This document shows, one piece after another, positions 1-13,309 of a stretch of 64,000 bases of DNA. Position numbers and translations under genes: made by a program. The notes beneath the pieces were generated by a model, which was not told where the DNA came from, ran no database searches, and saw only the letters and a list, made by a program, of their open reading frames with translations. The DNA comes from the human T2T-CHM13v2.0 reference genome, Homo sapiens. The stretch is from the NCBI RefSeq assembly GCF_009914755.1, contig NC_060947.1, one strand, 5' to 3'. Positions within the stretch are counted from its first letter, which is position 1, and every line of letters begins with the position of its first letter.

Positions 1-252
1 CTGAGCCAGATAGCATCATCCCTCTTGGTACAGTTCCTCATGGCTTCCCTTGGCTAGGGGAGAGAGTTCCCCAACCCTTTGCATTTCCTGGGTGAGGTGA
101 TGCCCCACCCTGCTTCTGCTCATCCTCTGTGGGCTGCACCTACTGTCTAACCAGACCCAATTACATGAGCCGGGTACCTCAGTTGGAAATGCAGAATTCA
201 CCCACCTTCTGCATTGATCTCGCTGGAGCTACAGACTGGCCATCTTGCCAGC
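1..252 (-). mobile_element. L1PA (about PA7-8) 5' UTR end; element continues left of the window
   Basis: ctcagttggaaatgcagaattcacc...gctgggagctacagac...ggccatcttgccag is the reverse complement of the L1 5' terminus (YY1 site). Confidence 0.85.
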
Positions 253-634
253 CCATTAAAACTCTCTTAAATAGCTATTACATTAATGAAAAAATATAAA
301 AAATTCAGTAGCAACAGATAACTTGAAAATGATTAACTTAAGAATATATGTCATAATATGGGATATGCACATACCTTTAAAGCTAAGTATCTTTTAGTTG
401 TAAGTCATAGAAGTTTCAACTAAAATTTCTGTAAGAAAAATGGTAGTTTATTAGCTTCTACATGTGAAAATATAAGGTGCATGTCTGACTTCAAGTGTGG
501 CTGGTTTATGGCTTAACAAGGAATAAGATTATTACACTGATCTCACTCTCATTCTATTTATGGCCCTTACCTTTTTTGTAATTACTGCTCTTTTTCAGGC
601 AAGTGTCCTCCCTGTACTTGTAAGTAAGCCCTAG

Positions 635-1097
<463 letters not shown>

Positions 1098-1794
1098 GAA
1101 AATATGCTATTAAACTAAGTGAGAATAAGATAAATAAAAAAGTTTGAGGAAAAAGAATCCTGGAAGAATTGTGCACTGTTTGCTGTACAACTGATTTTAA
1201 GTCCTTTTGCTAAAAAAGTTTTCTTTTCTGCATTTATGTGGTAGCGGCACAGTCACTGACAGCCCTGCCCCACTATAAAAGTATCTGGAAACCATGGTTA
1301 ATAAATATTGGTTTTGTTTCATCAAGTAAGACAGACAAGGATAAATTCCATCAGGAGACTAACATTCAAGAAAGCCCTTGGTGTTACATGAAAATGATTT
1401 GTAGAATAATATACGTGTATATGTCTTGAATAAAAGTAAAATATTTAAATTGTGTTTAAAAATGATTTACTGCTTTAATTGATTTTTCCAAGTTACTGAC
1501 TTTAAGTCCTGATTTCTGGATAAGATTTCTACTTTATTATTATTTTGATAGGAAGTAATGGGTAACCCAAAGCCAGATACAATAGAAAACACCATAAATA
1601 TGAATAATTTGAAACTCCTTTAATTAGCTATTTTCTACCAAGAAGTAAAAATGCCATAGTGTAATTTTTCTCCCCTTATGGAGATTAAAGCATCAATAAA
1701 TTAAAGTTCAAATTCTTCTCTTCTGAATCTTCTCAGCTTTCAGCTGTGTATCTCAGAAACTTCCCAAAGAAACAAAGTTTTAAAGCATTGTATT

Positions 1795-2012
1795 CAGTGA
1801 TATGTTGGTAATGTTTTATAACTAGCTCTTGGGGGTGGAAGGAATGATTGAGTGAAGTTTTAATTTGTGGCATTTGCTGATTTCTGTGATGTTATTACTA
1901 CCATTATGGCTGATTTCAAGCTACTAATATGAAGTGACTAAACGCAGAGATAGGAAACGATGGGCATAATCAACTCTATCTCAAGTCAGTGCAAGTTAGG
2001 TCCAACCATTGC
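1795..2012. mobile_element. hAT-type DNA transposon remnant (MER63-like)
   Basis: Begins cagtgatatgttggtaatg and contains gctgatttcaagctac. The end ccaaccattgctg is a degenerate inverted terminus. Confidence 0.45.
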
Positions 2013-3189
2013 TGATTTTCTTCCATAATAAGAAGTGTGAAAGTAGAGAGTTCCTAGCATTGATTTGGCAGATCCAGAATTTCAATTCCAAGGTCATAGA
2101 GGCCTTGAATTTGAGACATAGCATTTGAGAAGGCATAAGAGCACATGCCAGCTTTTCTGGTATTACTACTCAATGATTTCTATTTACATCCTACTTCTAT
2201 TTACATACTTTTGGTCCAAACTCTGTTATAAGGTTATCTCTAGCCACCTTTAGCTAGAGATCTACCCATCAATCTAGTCTATTGATGGATAATAGACTCT
2301 TTAAACTGAATAGATACAAATAGAAACAAAATCAGGTTTGTTAAGGAATGTTAAAATGGCTATTGCATAAGCAATTAGCAATCTCTGGAAAAGAAAACCA
2401 AGTGATTTCCTGTCAAATAGCGCTAGATTCAATTTACACACAAAAATATAGACATCCTCCCTCACATTGACTAGTTGTATCATAGGCAAATTATTAATAT
2501 TTAATCTATTTGATGTCATTTTCCAATGCTGTTATAAAATATAAGGTGTAGAAAATGTTTTTCTTTCTTTTTTGTTATTTTTCTTTTGCTATATGGCTTC
2601 ATTTAAAAGTAGGTAAAAATTTTCAGAGTGGAAATGACTTTAATTATGCTTCATTGTTTTGAGAAGGTCACCAAAATGATACCTTAGTCTCACAATTAAT
2701 TAGTGAGCTTTCTTGGGAGAAAGCTAGGCATTGCTAAAGTAATCCAAAGATGAATAATTTAGTCAGGAATATAAAACAGTAATTTAAAAATTACTATGAA
2801 GTGTTTCAAACACATAGAAAATTATAGAGAATAATATGATGAATATATACACCCTCTACTTAACATTGCCAAATCCTAAATATGTGAAATTTTGTTATTT
2901 TTTAGTTTTAAAAAGGAAGATGACATAATTTAAACTATTACACGTGAAGTGCCCTTTGTATCTTTCTCCAATGCCTCTCTGCTTTGCCTTTCTCTAGAGG
3001 TAACCATTTTCCAGAATGTGATAATTTTTCATTTCTATGCACTTATTATGCTTTTAATATAAGTTTATATCTACAAAAGATTGTATCGTGTTGAATGTTT
3101 TTAAAACTTTTATTAATGTTAGTGTTCTGCCTTTTTCCCTAAGCATCCTATTATAGAGTCATCAGCCATAGAGACTTATAGATCAAAAG

Positions 3190-3385
3190 GGTTATGTATT
3201 ATATATTTCAAAATTCCTAAAGTGTAGATTTTTAATGTTTTTATAATAAGTGTGTGATGTAATGGATTTGTTAATTAGCTTGATTTAATTATTCCACAAT
3301 GTAAACATATATGAAAAAACCATATTGTACTCCATAAATATATAAAATTATTATTTGTCAATTTAAATAAAATAATTATACTAAA
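3190..3385 (+). mobile_element. Old L1MA/MB 3' end
   Basis: gtagattttt...gttaattagcttgatttaattattccacaatgta...ttgtactccataaatatat...tttgtcaatt followed by an A-rich tail. Confidence 0.7.
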
Positions 3386-3392
3386 AATAGTG

Positions 3393-4760
3393 TCATTATG
3401 ATTGTGGGCCCCAAAGGTAGAGCACATTACACAGCTTTCTTAACAGTTTTTATCACGGACTGTTCTTTTGGATCAAACTAAAAATATATTGACTTGTGGG
3501 TATCTAATATAAAGGACAAAGCAGAATGCCCAAGAAATCAGAAACTGTTTTCAGTACCCAAAGGCTCCAGTTAGGGGTTAGGCTTCCTTTTTGGTTAGAG
3601 ATGCTGAAGTGAAAACAATTTTTCTTTATTTACCTGAGGATTGAGTATTTGGCAAGCAGCCTGCTAAATTTTGTTGGAGATTTTCAGTCACTCCTTCTGG
3701 GAGATGTGTGATAATACCACAGACAACACTACTGAGATTGAGGGTTCTGATTGCTAACCATCATTATACCATGTAGTGAAAGTTTTGAAAAGCCGAGTGT
3801 AGAAACACTTCACTAAATTCTAAACTATCCAATTCTGGCAAATGGCAGTGGTGTTTAGTTAACCCTAGAGTACTATAAACATATATTGGAGGTTTCATCA
3901 CATAAATTTGAACAAATTTTGATTCTCCATTGCTAGTTGATGGGAAAGAAGTTGGCAATGTTCAAAACAGTGTATCATGTGCCATCAGTCTGTGTAATGA
4001 ATCCAGTTAGTCATGATATCTGTAAGAGTTAGAACTACAGGAGAAACACCAAAATTTATTTGACAATAATCTTCTATAAGTCTTCAGTTCACCTTAGACT
4101 TTTGTACATGGTGGTTCTATATAGAGATCTTGTATCGCTTACTAACTGTGCTTCCTTTAAGTCATTAATCAAGGCTGTGATTTTCTTTTTTTCTTCCCTG
4201 GAGGAGACAGAGAGGCTTGTGGGAGAGCAATTTTTGTGTCCTATTAACACTTTTCTACATGTGGCTGCACCACATTTGGCACTTTGTGGCAGAAAAATAC
4301 AAGCGTCAGTTCCTAGTATATATTCAGATGTAGAGGTAACATCAAGAGTGTACAAAACTGGCCCAAAAGGTTTCACTCACAAGGTCATATTAGCTTCCCT
4401 TCCTTATTGTAAACCCAGTACAAACCCCATTAACTGATTCTGGATGCCATTTCCTTCCATAGGTCCAGGTAGACTAGTGACTTGGGCAACCATATTCAGA
4501 AGGTCCAAAAAAGTTAATTTTCTCCTTTTGCCAAAATTCCCCACCCTATTCGCACAGGTATATAATGGCCTTTGATCCTCACTGGGGACAGAAAGTCCTC
4601 AGCCCTCATCCTGTAACCCACTTCCCCAATTATTCCCCATTAATGGGGGGTCCATTTATTGCATAGTTGATTATACATAGTGGTCTGTACATTTATCACC
4701 AATTCTCATAAATTACCATTAAATTCAATTAATTGGCTGGTAAGGTCCTCATTATTTCTC
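3393..4760 (-). mobile_element. Very old ERVL-class internal (pol) fossil, copy 1
   Basis: Homologous to 55900-57300, whose minus strand encodes an RT-connection-like motif. Confidence 0.55.
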
Positions 4761-4816
4761 TTACAGAAAGCCATGTTCATTACCATCTCAGGCTTATTGC
4801 TATAATTACAAAAAAC

Positions 4817-5340
4817 TGTGAAGATTATGCGATTTTTTTTACCTTACTTGTAAGCTAACAAGGTAATCTGTCACAGGTTTTTGAGGGTTCTGGTAGAAGA
4901 CATGAGACTCTTGGGTCAGAGACAAAGGATTATTATTCGTAGCAATAGTAACAGCCTGAATATAAGCATTTTTACCTTAGATTCCTAAGCCCCACTTCCC
5001 ACAGTGCTATACAAAATGACCATTTGACTCCAGCATACATAGTACTATGCATTACAGGAGTAAAACCGAGGAAAATCAATCATTTATAATGTGCAGTAGC
5101 TGTGCTTTCCCTTTACTCTTGAAAAAGACATTCTGTTTATCATACTAGAGTAAGCATTCTTTCCCTTTGCTTCAGAGGGAAGCACTGTTTTCCAAAGGCT
5201 CTATGCAAACATGTTTTTACTTCAGAGAGAGACACTATCTCTTTCTTCCAAAGCTGTCTGCTATTCAAGCATCTTTTAAAAGATAGCCTAAAACAAAGGG
5301 TAGAAAGTGATTTACTTGCATGAAAAGCACATATGGAACT
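4817..5340. mobile_element. Old ERV LTR remnant (ERVL/MER68-77-like; family uncertain)
   Basis: TG start; contains gagactcttgggtcagagacaaaggattattatt, typical of this LTR class. Confidence 0.4.
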
Positions 5341-5347
5341 TTTCTTC

Positions 5348-5953
5348 CAACTCATGCACCACAAAACGATGTCTTGGTCAATGACAAACCATATAGATAG
5401 TGATATTCCCATAAGATTATAATGGAGGTGAAAAATCTCTATCAGCCACTGACATTGTACCAAAATTATAAAATAAAAATTGTAGCATACTTTATTTTTA
5501 ATGAATTTAGCATAGCCTAAGTGTACAATGTTTATAAAGTCTACAGTAATATACAGTAATGCCCCAAGTCTTCACATTCACTTACCACTCACTCACTGAA
5601 TCACCTAGAGCAACTTTCAGTCCTGTAAGTGCCATTCATGGCAAGTGCCCTATACAGGTGTAACATTTTTTATCTTTTATATTGTATTTTTACTGTACCT
5701 TTTCTGGGTTTAGATTTGTTTAGATACACAAGAACTTACCATTGCATTCCAACTGCCTGCAGTATTCAGCACAGTAACATGCTATACAGGTTTATAGTCT
5801 AGGAGCAATAGGCTATACCATATAGCCCAGTCATGTAGTAAGGTATACCACCTGGGTTTTTCTAAGGGCACTCTATCATGCCCACACCATTATGAAATTT
5901 CCTAACAATGCATTGCCCAGGAAGTAGCCTCAGTGTTAAGTGACACATGACTG
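5348..5953 (+). mobile_element. Tigger3/MER7 (TcMar) DNA transposon
   Basis: Left end caactcatgcaccacaaaacgatg...cccataagattataatgg; right end gttaagtgacacatgactg followed by TA. Confidence 0.85.
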
Positions 5954-6989
5954 TATAAAGTTGCTGGTGATATGCCATCTTCAAACTAACTAGATGATAG
6001 CAAATCTTGCTCCAACTTAAATTCCCACCAACATTGTATAGAATCTCCTATTTGTTTAACTGGTCAACACGTTTTCAAATTTCCTACATGTTTGATCTGA
6101 TATGCACATGATGATCTAATGTGTATGAAAGCATATGTCATTTTAGTTTCCATGTTTCTGATTACTGGTGAGAATCATAAAGTCAAGAAATACTCATTGA
6201 ACATCTATGTGCCAGGTACACATTTAAGTACTTGCGATACATTGAAGAACATAAAGATGGAGAAATCATACACTTACAGAGATTATATTCTGGCAAGTGT
6301 AAGTATAACAAAGTTATTAACTAAGTAAATTACACAGTATATTAAAAGATGACATGTTATGGAAAAGACAGAAAAGTAATAAGGATCAAATTAAGAAAAT
6401 TTATTTTTATTGAAAATGTGGTCTCCTATTTTATAAATCAACTGGTTGCATTCTTTTGCCCAATTTCCATGGGTCATTTGCTTTTTCTTAGAATATATTA
6501 TGGCTTATTTTGTTAATTTTAGTCATCCAATTTTATAGCCACGTCTTATTTTTCCCTACTTTGTATAGGGTAATTTTTGCAAGTAGGAGATGGCATATTA
6601 TAATTTAATCAACCGTATTAAAATTTCCTTTAGTAAGTACCTGTGCATTCTGTGCCTTTGTAATCTTCCTCATTTACAGAGTTCAAAATATAAATACTAT
6701 CTTCCATTGTATTTTAAAGATTTTATACATGTTACTTTCCAAGTTTAGGTATTAAATTTTTTGTTCACTTGGAATTTATTTTGCACGTAGTGTTGTAAAA
6801 TTTTCTTTTTAAACAAACAGCCAGTTAACACAGTACTATTTATTTAAAAAAAAGTTTTTTTTTCGTTAGTCATCTGAAATCTCATTTCTATTATAATTCG
6901 TTTCCTATGTGTAAATCTGTGTCTAGGTCACTCATCAGTTCATTAGCATATTTAATCTCCCCTTTTCCATCTCTGGACCCAATACAGAC

Positions 6990-7528
6990 TATTCTACAAA
7001 GTTCCTAGGGTGATCCTGTTAAACTATATGACAAATCATATTGCTCCTCTGCTATCAGTATATGAATGGCTTTCCATAACATTCAGCGTAAAAGCCAAAT
7101 TGCATTCTAGAACCTGCAGGGCTCTAAGGCGTCTTCCTCTCCCTCATCCCCACTACCTCTTTGAAATCACCTTCTGCTATTCTCTGCCTTGCTCACTCAG
7201 CTCCAGCCATGCTGCCATCCTCCCTGCTTCTCAAACATGTCAGGCCTCCTTTTGCCTTGGGGCCACAGTACTTGCTGTCTCTCCACCTGGAATATTCCTT
7301 TCCCAGACAGCTACAGGGTCAGCTCTTCCATTGCCTTCAGGTCTTTACTCAAAAGCCAAGTTCTCAGTGAGCCCTTCCCTGGTACCTTATCTATCTAATT
7401 TCAGCCTCCTCCCTGGAATTTCATATTCTACTTCTTTGCTTTATTTTTTCCTTCTTAGCACTTGTCACTATGAAAATACTTTACATTTACTTACATATTT
7501 TGGCTACTCTCTGTCTCCCACACCAAAG
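6990..7528 (+). mobile_element. L2 fragment, copy 1 (3' terminus deleted)
   Basis: cactcagctccagcc...tcaaacatg...ctggaat...ttctcagtgag. Paralogous to 57850-58510. Confidence 0.7.
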
Positions 7529-9770
7529 TGGGATAAAGATAAAAGAACTAAACTTAAAAGTGAATGGGGGTCAAAGCAAGCCAAAAGGGGCAGTTTTCCC
7601 AGGGTCTAGCCCCAGTTACAAGCACAAATGCTTCCAGGGGACAACTGTGCATTTTATTAGAGTGAAGCAGGCCAGCTGGGGGTATGGCCAATTGGAGAGG
7701 GCATTCTGAGTCTAAACTGGACTGAGCCCTATCTCAGACCCAGCTGCTTGTATCTCTGTTGGAATGTGGGCCCTAATCCTCATGTTTTTTTGTTTCGTTT
7801 CATTTTCAAGAGAGGCCAGAAACATGGAATTTCATTGTGTGAAACCTCCCAGATTAGGTGCTTTAGAGTACCTAATTTAAAGTAGATAACAATGAAAAAA
7901 TAAAGATCAAACCAAACTCGGCAGCTGACTGAAATTGGCCTCTGGGCAGCCTGCTGGTGTTTGCTGGACTCATAAAAGAAAATTAATTCCTGCTATAGGG
8001 AGTGAGCTTGCCTTGTATTTCTTGAGGCAGTCAGCCTCAGGTCATGTTGGGTAGAGAGAATAAACTGAATTTACCACCTTCTTTCAACTCTTGAAAGCTC
8101 CTCGCTTCCCCCAGTATGCAGGGAGTTAGGGAAGCCTGGACAGCAGGGAGTTGCTGCTCCCTCTCCCAACTAAACTCAACCCCTCCACTATACAGCTGAA
8201 GGACTTAGTTATACAAAGTCATATCTCCCAGCCCAACTTCTCCATGGCATCTGCCTTACCTGGAAACAAAGAGCTGCTCAGACTCTGATCACAGCTCTCC
8301 ATAAGTTGGGGATGGGCAAAATTAGTGGGAAGGTACCTGTGAGGAGTCCACAGACACCAGTCTTGTGGGTGCCTAGCCAGAATTGGGGCTTCTTGGGGAA
8401 GTAGGCCACCTTTTGTGGAGCACTGGATGGAGTCACCTGTAGTTTCAGGTAGCTGCCAAAAGGAGCATGGTTAGTCAAGTACTCCCCATGCGCTGAAGAA
8501 AAACATTAGGCTCAATTATCTGATGCCCCTCCTCTCTAGGAAGACAAGAAACATTCCAACAGAAGGAAAAAGTGTGATAGGACTGCTGTAACTGAGTTCA
8601 GTAAGGTTTAGTTTTTCTGGATCAAATTCTTTCCAAATGCAAGATGGAACATCTCTTAAGTTCTGAGAGCCCCACTAATCCATGATCTACAAGTGTTGTT
8701 TATCCAGCACAGGGCAAATGTGAGGAGGCAGCCCACAGCCCAGCACTTGTGGAGAACCATGTTAGTGTGTTTAGGCTGCGGGTTGGTGTTCTGCTAGGCA
8801 GGTGCGTCATGAACTCCAGGGAAGAAGGAAAGCCTTATAGGTGTAAACTTGGTTGCTGCCTAACTCTATGGAGTCATCCTTGTCCAAATGTCTTTCCAGG
8901 GAACTTCTCATGCAAATGGCTTCCTTGACAGTTGCCACTTCCTTTGTGCATAGAACTAAGGGAACAATGTGCATACTGCCAGAAATCCAACTTTTCTCTG
9001 GGTCTTCTCACCTCTGATGGGCCCCACTGTCCACACCTCTTCTTCTGTATTCTCACTCCCTTTGTCAGTCTTTCTTCTTTGAATTCCTTCTTCCTTAGTA
9101 TTCTTCACCCTGACTCCTGCCTCTCATAGACCCTCCATTTGTGTATCCTTTAGTCTCTCACCAGAGTCCTTCCAACTTGATCTTTCACCCCTTACTCAGG
9201 ACCTCTTCTAAGCTTCTTTGAGTAGAGAGCTTCCTACTCTATTCCATTTATGCTGTCTATTTTCCTCTAATCCCCAAGAGCTCACTCTTCCTCTGTTATT
9301 CTTCACTCCCTTCCCAGTTGGATGTTTCCTCCACATAGGTCACCTCCTCCCTCAGGTAACCTCTAACTTCTGGCCCTTCACCACCTCTTCCTAAGAAGTC
9401 ACCTCGTCCTCTCCTTCTCCCCACAGCCAATCTTGACTTACTTTCCTTCTCCGCTCCACACCAGACCAGCTAAGTCTCTTGCAATTTTAGATGGCTGATT
9501 GTGATTCTAGCTGAACTTTGTTCACAATTGGAATTGACAGCTGTTCCTTCCTTTCATGCCCCATCCACAAAACACACCCAATCTTTTCAACAAGACAAAC
9601 TGCTTATACATGTCATATAAATTTGTATTTTTCAGCATAAAACAACAGTTATGCAGGCAAATATTGTGATATCAGGACCCTTGAGCTTTCAACACCCTGA
9701 AAAGTTGTACTTTTTTTGTTTGCCTGCGTATTACACATTTGTCTCCACAAATGTAGCAAATTTTACTCTA

Positions 9771-10545
9771 ACAAGATATTTTCACCAAATCGTAGACATA
9801 GATATGGAAGTCATCATCAAACGATGAAATACACAGGTTTGGCTTTAACTTGGTGGATGACCTTGTCTGTCCTTTTGGAGTCGTCTTCTTTGGTATATTC
9901 CACATGTTTATCTATCAGGCTATCTATAAATCCTTCTGGTTCCCTCTTCACTGGATGAGACACACTTGATTCTGGCATGATGCAGAGGTCACCTGCCTTA
10001 TAATCATCGAGTAGCTAGTACATGTGCAAGACAGGATCTTTCTTATAAGTAATATAAAACCAGGCTTTCATGATAGGTGCTTGGGCTAGGACCATCCCCC
10101 TCCATTTATCCATAGAACCATGCTCTCCCTCAAACATGTGTTTCACTGCTTTGCCAATTATGGTATTTGCAAGGCAGAAATCCCTGACTTGTGAGAATGG
10201 CACCTTATGAGGAAGGATTTTAAGCTTTAAAATTCTTTCATCTCTGTGAAGTTCTAGTCCATAAACACAGTCAATTCCATAATATTTTACCAGATAAAGA
10301 AAGGGATATATAGGCACCTGATTCAGAACGGTCCCTTTACACTGGGTGATGGGCTCATCTCCCTTCTTCTATCCATGTGAAATTCTGCAGCCTACCATGT
10401 GTCTGCAGGACTGAGAGGAAGACCTTCCTCTTGGCTTCATTGGAGATGTCTTTTTCTTCCTCATGTTTGTAGTTCCAGTGTGGTGACCTATGGCTTCCCT
10501 GGTTGGCAGCTTTGCAGCTGCCTTTTTGTGAAGGAGAGTCTTCAT
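9771..10545 (-). pseudogene. SPIN2P1: Spindlin-2 unprocessed (duplicated) pseudogene
   Basis: ATG at 10545 (MKTLLHKKAAA...VGCRISHG*). W->TAG at 10371-10369. The frame continues [22 protein letters not shown]...KDPVLHMY* (Q->TAG at 10017-10015). A 3-nt deletion and a 2-nt frameshifting deletion lie at about 9820-9835. It retains homologous promoter, intron and 3' flank, so it is not a retrocopy. The symbol is from recollection. Confidence 0.9.
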
Positions 10546-11149
10546 ATTTGGAGGGGAAGGAGAGAGGCCAGGGAAAAACATTAAATGTATGAGTTTTTTT
10601 CTTCTATCATGAAGTCCCTGTGCACCAGGTACATTGCCACCCATGTTGTTCATGTGTGTCCAGTAGCAATGTTAGATATCAAGACACTCTTGGATGCCTG
10701 CCTACAATGTCTTCCTTCCAGGCTTGTTTAGCTGCACAAGAGAGATAGAGAACAGGTAGGTGTGGTGGCCGTGGTAGTTGAGAGCACAGCAAAAGGAAGT
10801 GGGCTACTTTGCCTATTCCCTGACCCTCTGTCGCCATCCTATCACATCTCCCAACATTCTCCATTTTTTAGCTCCCACCTCATTTTTCCATTTCTGTACA
10901 TGCAGTCTCCATGTCCCCTCCCCATGGCTCTGTGGTATTCATCCCCCGTACATTCCCATCCCTCGCCTCCCGCCTGGTGCTCACCTCTCTTTCCTGTCTC
11001 TTCCTGGTAAACTCCATTTTCCTTCTGGGCTCCAACCACAAACCTATTTCCCTTTCTGGCCACCTTTGTATACCATCCTGGTGCTCTTCAGGTCCTCATG
11101 CCCCCAGCCCTCAAATCACCCTTCCCAGTCTCCTGCATTTCTTACGCCA

Positions 11150-11960
11150 GCACCCACCCGAATTTTCACGCCTGGCCCCCACCAACCCCCATCCTCCGGT
11201 TCCGCAGCCCAGGGCCCACCTCCCGCGCCGCCCACCTCCCGCACTGCCGGAGAGGTGGCAGTGCCACCTCCCGCGCCCAAATCAGACCCCTCACTGTTGC
11301 CTCTGCTAGGAGCCTGTGGCGAAGGAGGATCAGCAGGCCACTAACAGAGTGAGCGCTTGCAAAAGCTAGGAGGGTAGGATCTGTAGGCGTGGAAAACGTC
11401 TAGAAGGGTTGTGAGGCAGGCGAAAGGGAAGGCAGCAGCATCCCCAGCACTAGGCTTGTTAGCCCTCTGCCTTCCTGTCGGTGGCGGCCCTTCTGCTACA
11501 CTGGACTTCCAGGAGCCGTTGCTGCTGTTGCAATCTCCTCGCTCTTTTCCTAGCTTAGCTTCCTGGTAGGAGGGAGGCCTCTGCTTCCTGCCAAACGCCG
11601 CGCAGCACCCCCACCCCAGTGAATCCTGGACCACCGCCCTGGGCCCTAGAGATGCTCCTGGGCTCCTGCCCCCCACGCCCAACCGCACCTTCTCCCAAAT
11701 CCACAGGTACCAGGTCCAAAGCCCCCTCTCCCTCTCCTGCTAGGTTCAACGCTTTCATTTTATGTCCCCCGACCCGCCGTCCCAGACTCCTCACCCCTAC
11801 CTCCACCTTCAACCCCTCAGCGGCCCTGCCTCATCTGCTTTCCATCTTTCAAGATTTCCTTTTCCCAGTGCCCTTACGGAGTTATTCTTTATATACAAAA
11901 ACCTGCCTTTCTTGTCATTGGAGAGGATTTTTGGTAGGACAAGAGAAATGCGCTAGTGCT
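11150..11960 (-). promoter_or_regulatory. Decayed CpG-island/first-exon homologue of the pseudogene
   Basis: Aligns by eye with 62100-62830 (e.g. gagcctgtggcgaaggagg at about 11310 and 62187), with many CpG->TpG/CpA changes. Confidence 0.75.
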
Positions 11961-13309
11961 TAGTGCTCAGTCTGCCATTTGACCTAATCTTTGTAATTTT
12001 TCCTGACAGGTCATTCCTGAACTTTACTTCTTGAGGAGATTTTTTGTTTCTTTTTCTTATTTTTTTCGTTTCCCTGATTGCAGAAGAATTGCATGCACAA
12101 TGTGGACACTGTGTAAAATTCAGAAAATAGACTTGAAGCAGAAAATAATCAACTGCAAGCCCTGTTTCCATTCCCCTGGGCTCCAAGCAAAATAATAGCA
12201 CTTATTACCTCTCCTTTGCCTTTTTTCTAAGCTCTTAAAAAGCTTGCATTATTTTTGCAAATTTAGTTGTTAAAAATTCTTTGTAAAACCATTTTTAGAT
12301 GATATTTTGAAAATTACAGAGTGTAGTAGGTAGCAATATTAGAAGTACCAAATACTCTTCATTTGGAATTAACATTACTCATTTGTATTTGGGCTTTTAA
12401 AAGTAGAAATAAAATATTACCAATAAAATGTAATTCTCTTATCCTCTAGCATTGATCCTGTTCCCTCCCACCTCTCTAATGCTAACGCCATCACTCATTT
12501 TTTTTGTATCCTACAAATCTTTGTATTTCTGTAAATACCAATAATAATTTATAGGAGTTCACAGATTTTTAGGGTACAAAAAAAGAATGATATTTATAGT
12601 TACAAGTGGAAACTATGTATTTTATATCTCATATGTATTTTTAAATGTACATTATGAAGAATAATTCCTTCATACTGTGAGAAAAAAAGATTACTTCTCT
12701 TCCATGGCCCACACCTGAGATTTCTGGGAGGTGGCTCTGGGTCTTTATGATTTAGAATTTCTTTTTCTAACTAGATAAATACACTCTTAAAGATATTCAA
12801 GAAAATATTTTGTTTTTATTTTAATAGTTACATTGTCAGCAAGCCTGAAATAGAACTCTAGATTTGTCATAATCTTACTTACCTGAACTTTATTTTCAAC
12901 ATAAATTTTATTACATTTAAATTTTCTGCAGTTTGCCTTTTTTATTCGATGTTTTATTTTTAAAATTTTCTTTATATTTTATCTCCAACACTCCTTGTCA
13001 CCTTTTAAATCTGTTGCCAAAAATAGTCTATTTCAGAGTACACATGTGACATTTTTGGCATCCATGGAACAATACATTTAAACATCCATTTTGTTGTTGA
13101 TTACTATTTTGGTTTATTACAATATTTCATTTTCACAAACAGTGCTGCAATGAATGTCTCTGTATACTTGTACCAGAGTTTCTGTAAGTACATCCTAGAA
13201 GAAGAAATAATTTCTTGTAAGTACAAGCACTTCAAATTTCTTAAATGCTGCCAAATTGCTGTGTTAATTGGCTGTACCACTCTATTTTTTTCTACTTCCC
13301 TTTGCAACA

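Larger units (their letters stand above)
3393..12230. repeat. Ancient direct duplication, copy 1 (pseudogene unit)
   Basis: Colinear matches to 55900-63070: ERVL-like fossil (3393-4700), L2 (6990-7530), 3' flank (7530-9770), CDS, promoter and upstream flank (gaattgcatgcacaatgtggacact about 12086 vs taattgcatgtacaacgtgaacact about 62952). Confidence 0.85.

Noticed and set aside
7010-7609. 199-aa ORF and the similar 142-aa ORF at 57962..58390
   Set aside because: Both have non-ATG starts and lie in the duplicated L2 fragment. The similarity reflects the duplication, and no domain is recognisable.
9000-9480. Purine-rich minus-strand tract with GAGGAGGTG-like motifs, suggesting a Glu-rich fossil ORF
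   Set aside because: No sustained open frame, about 250 bp of it is absent from the functional unit, and I could not recognise any homologue.
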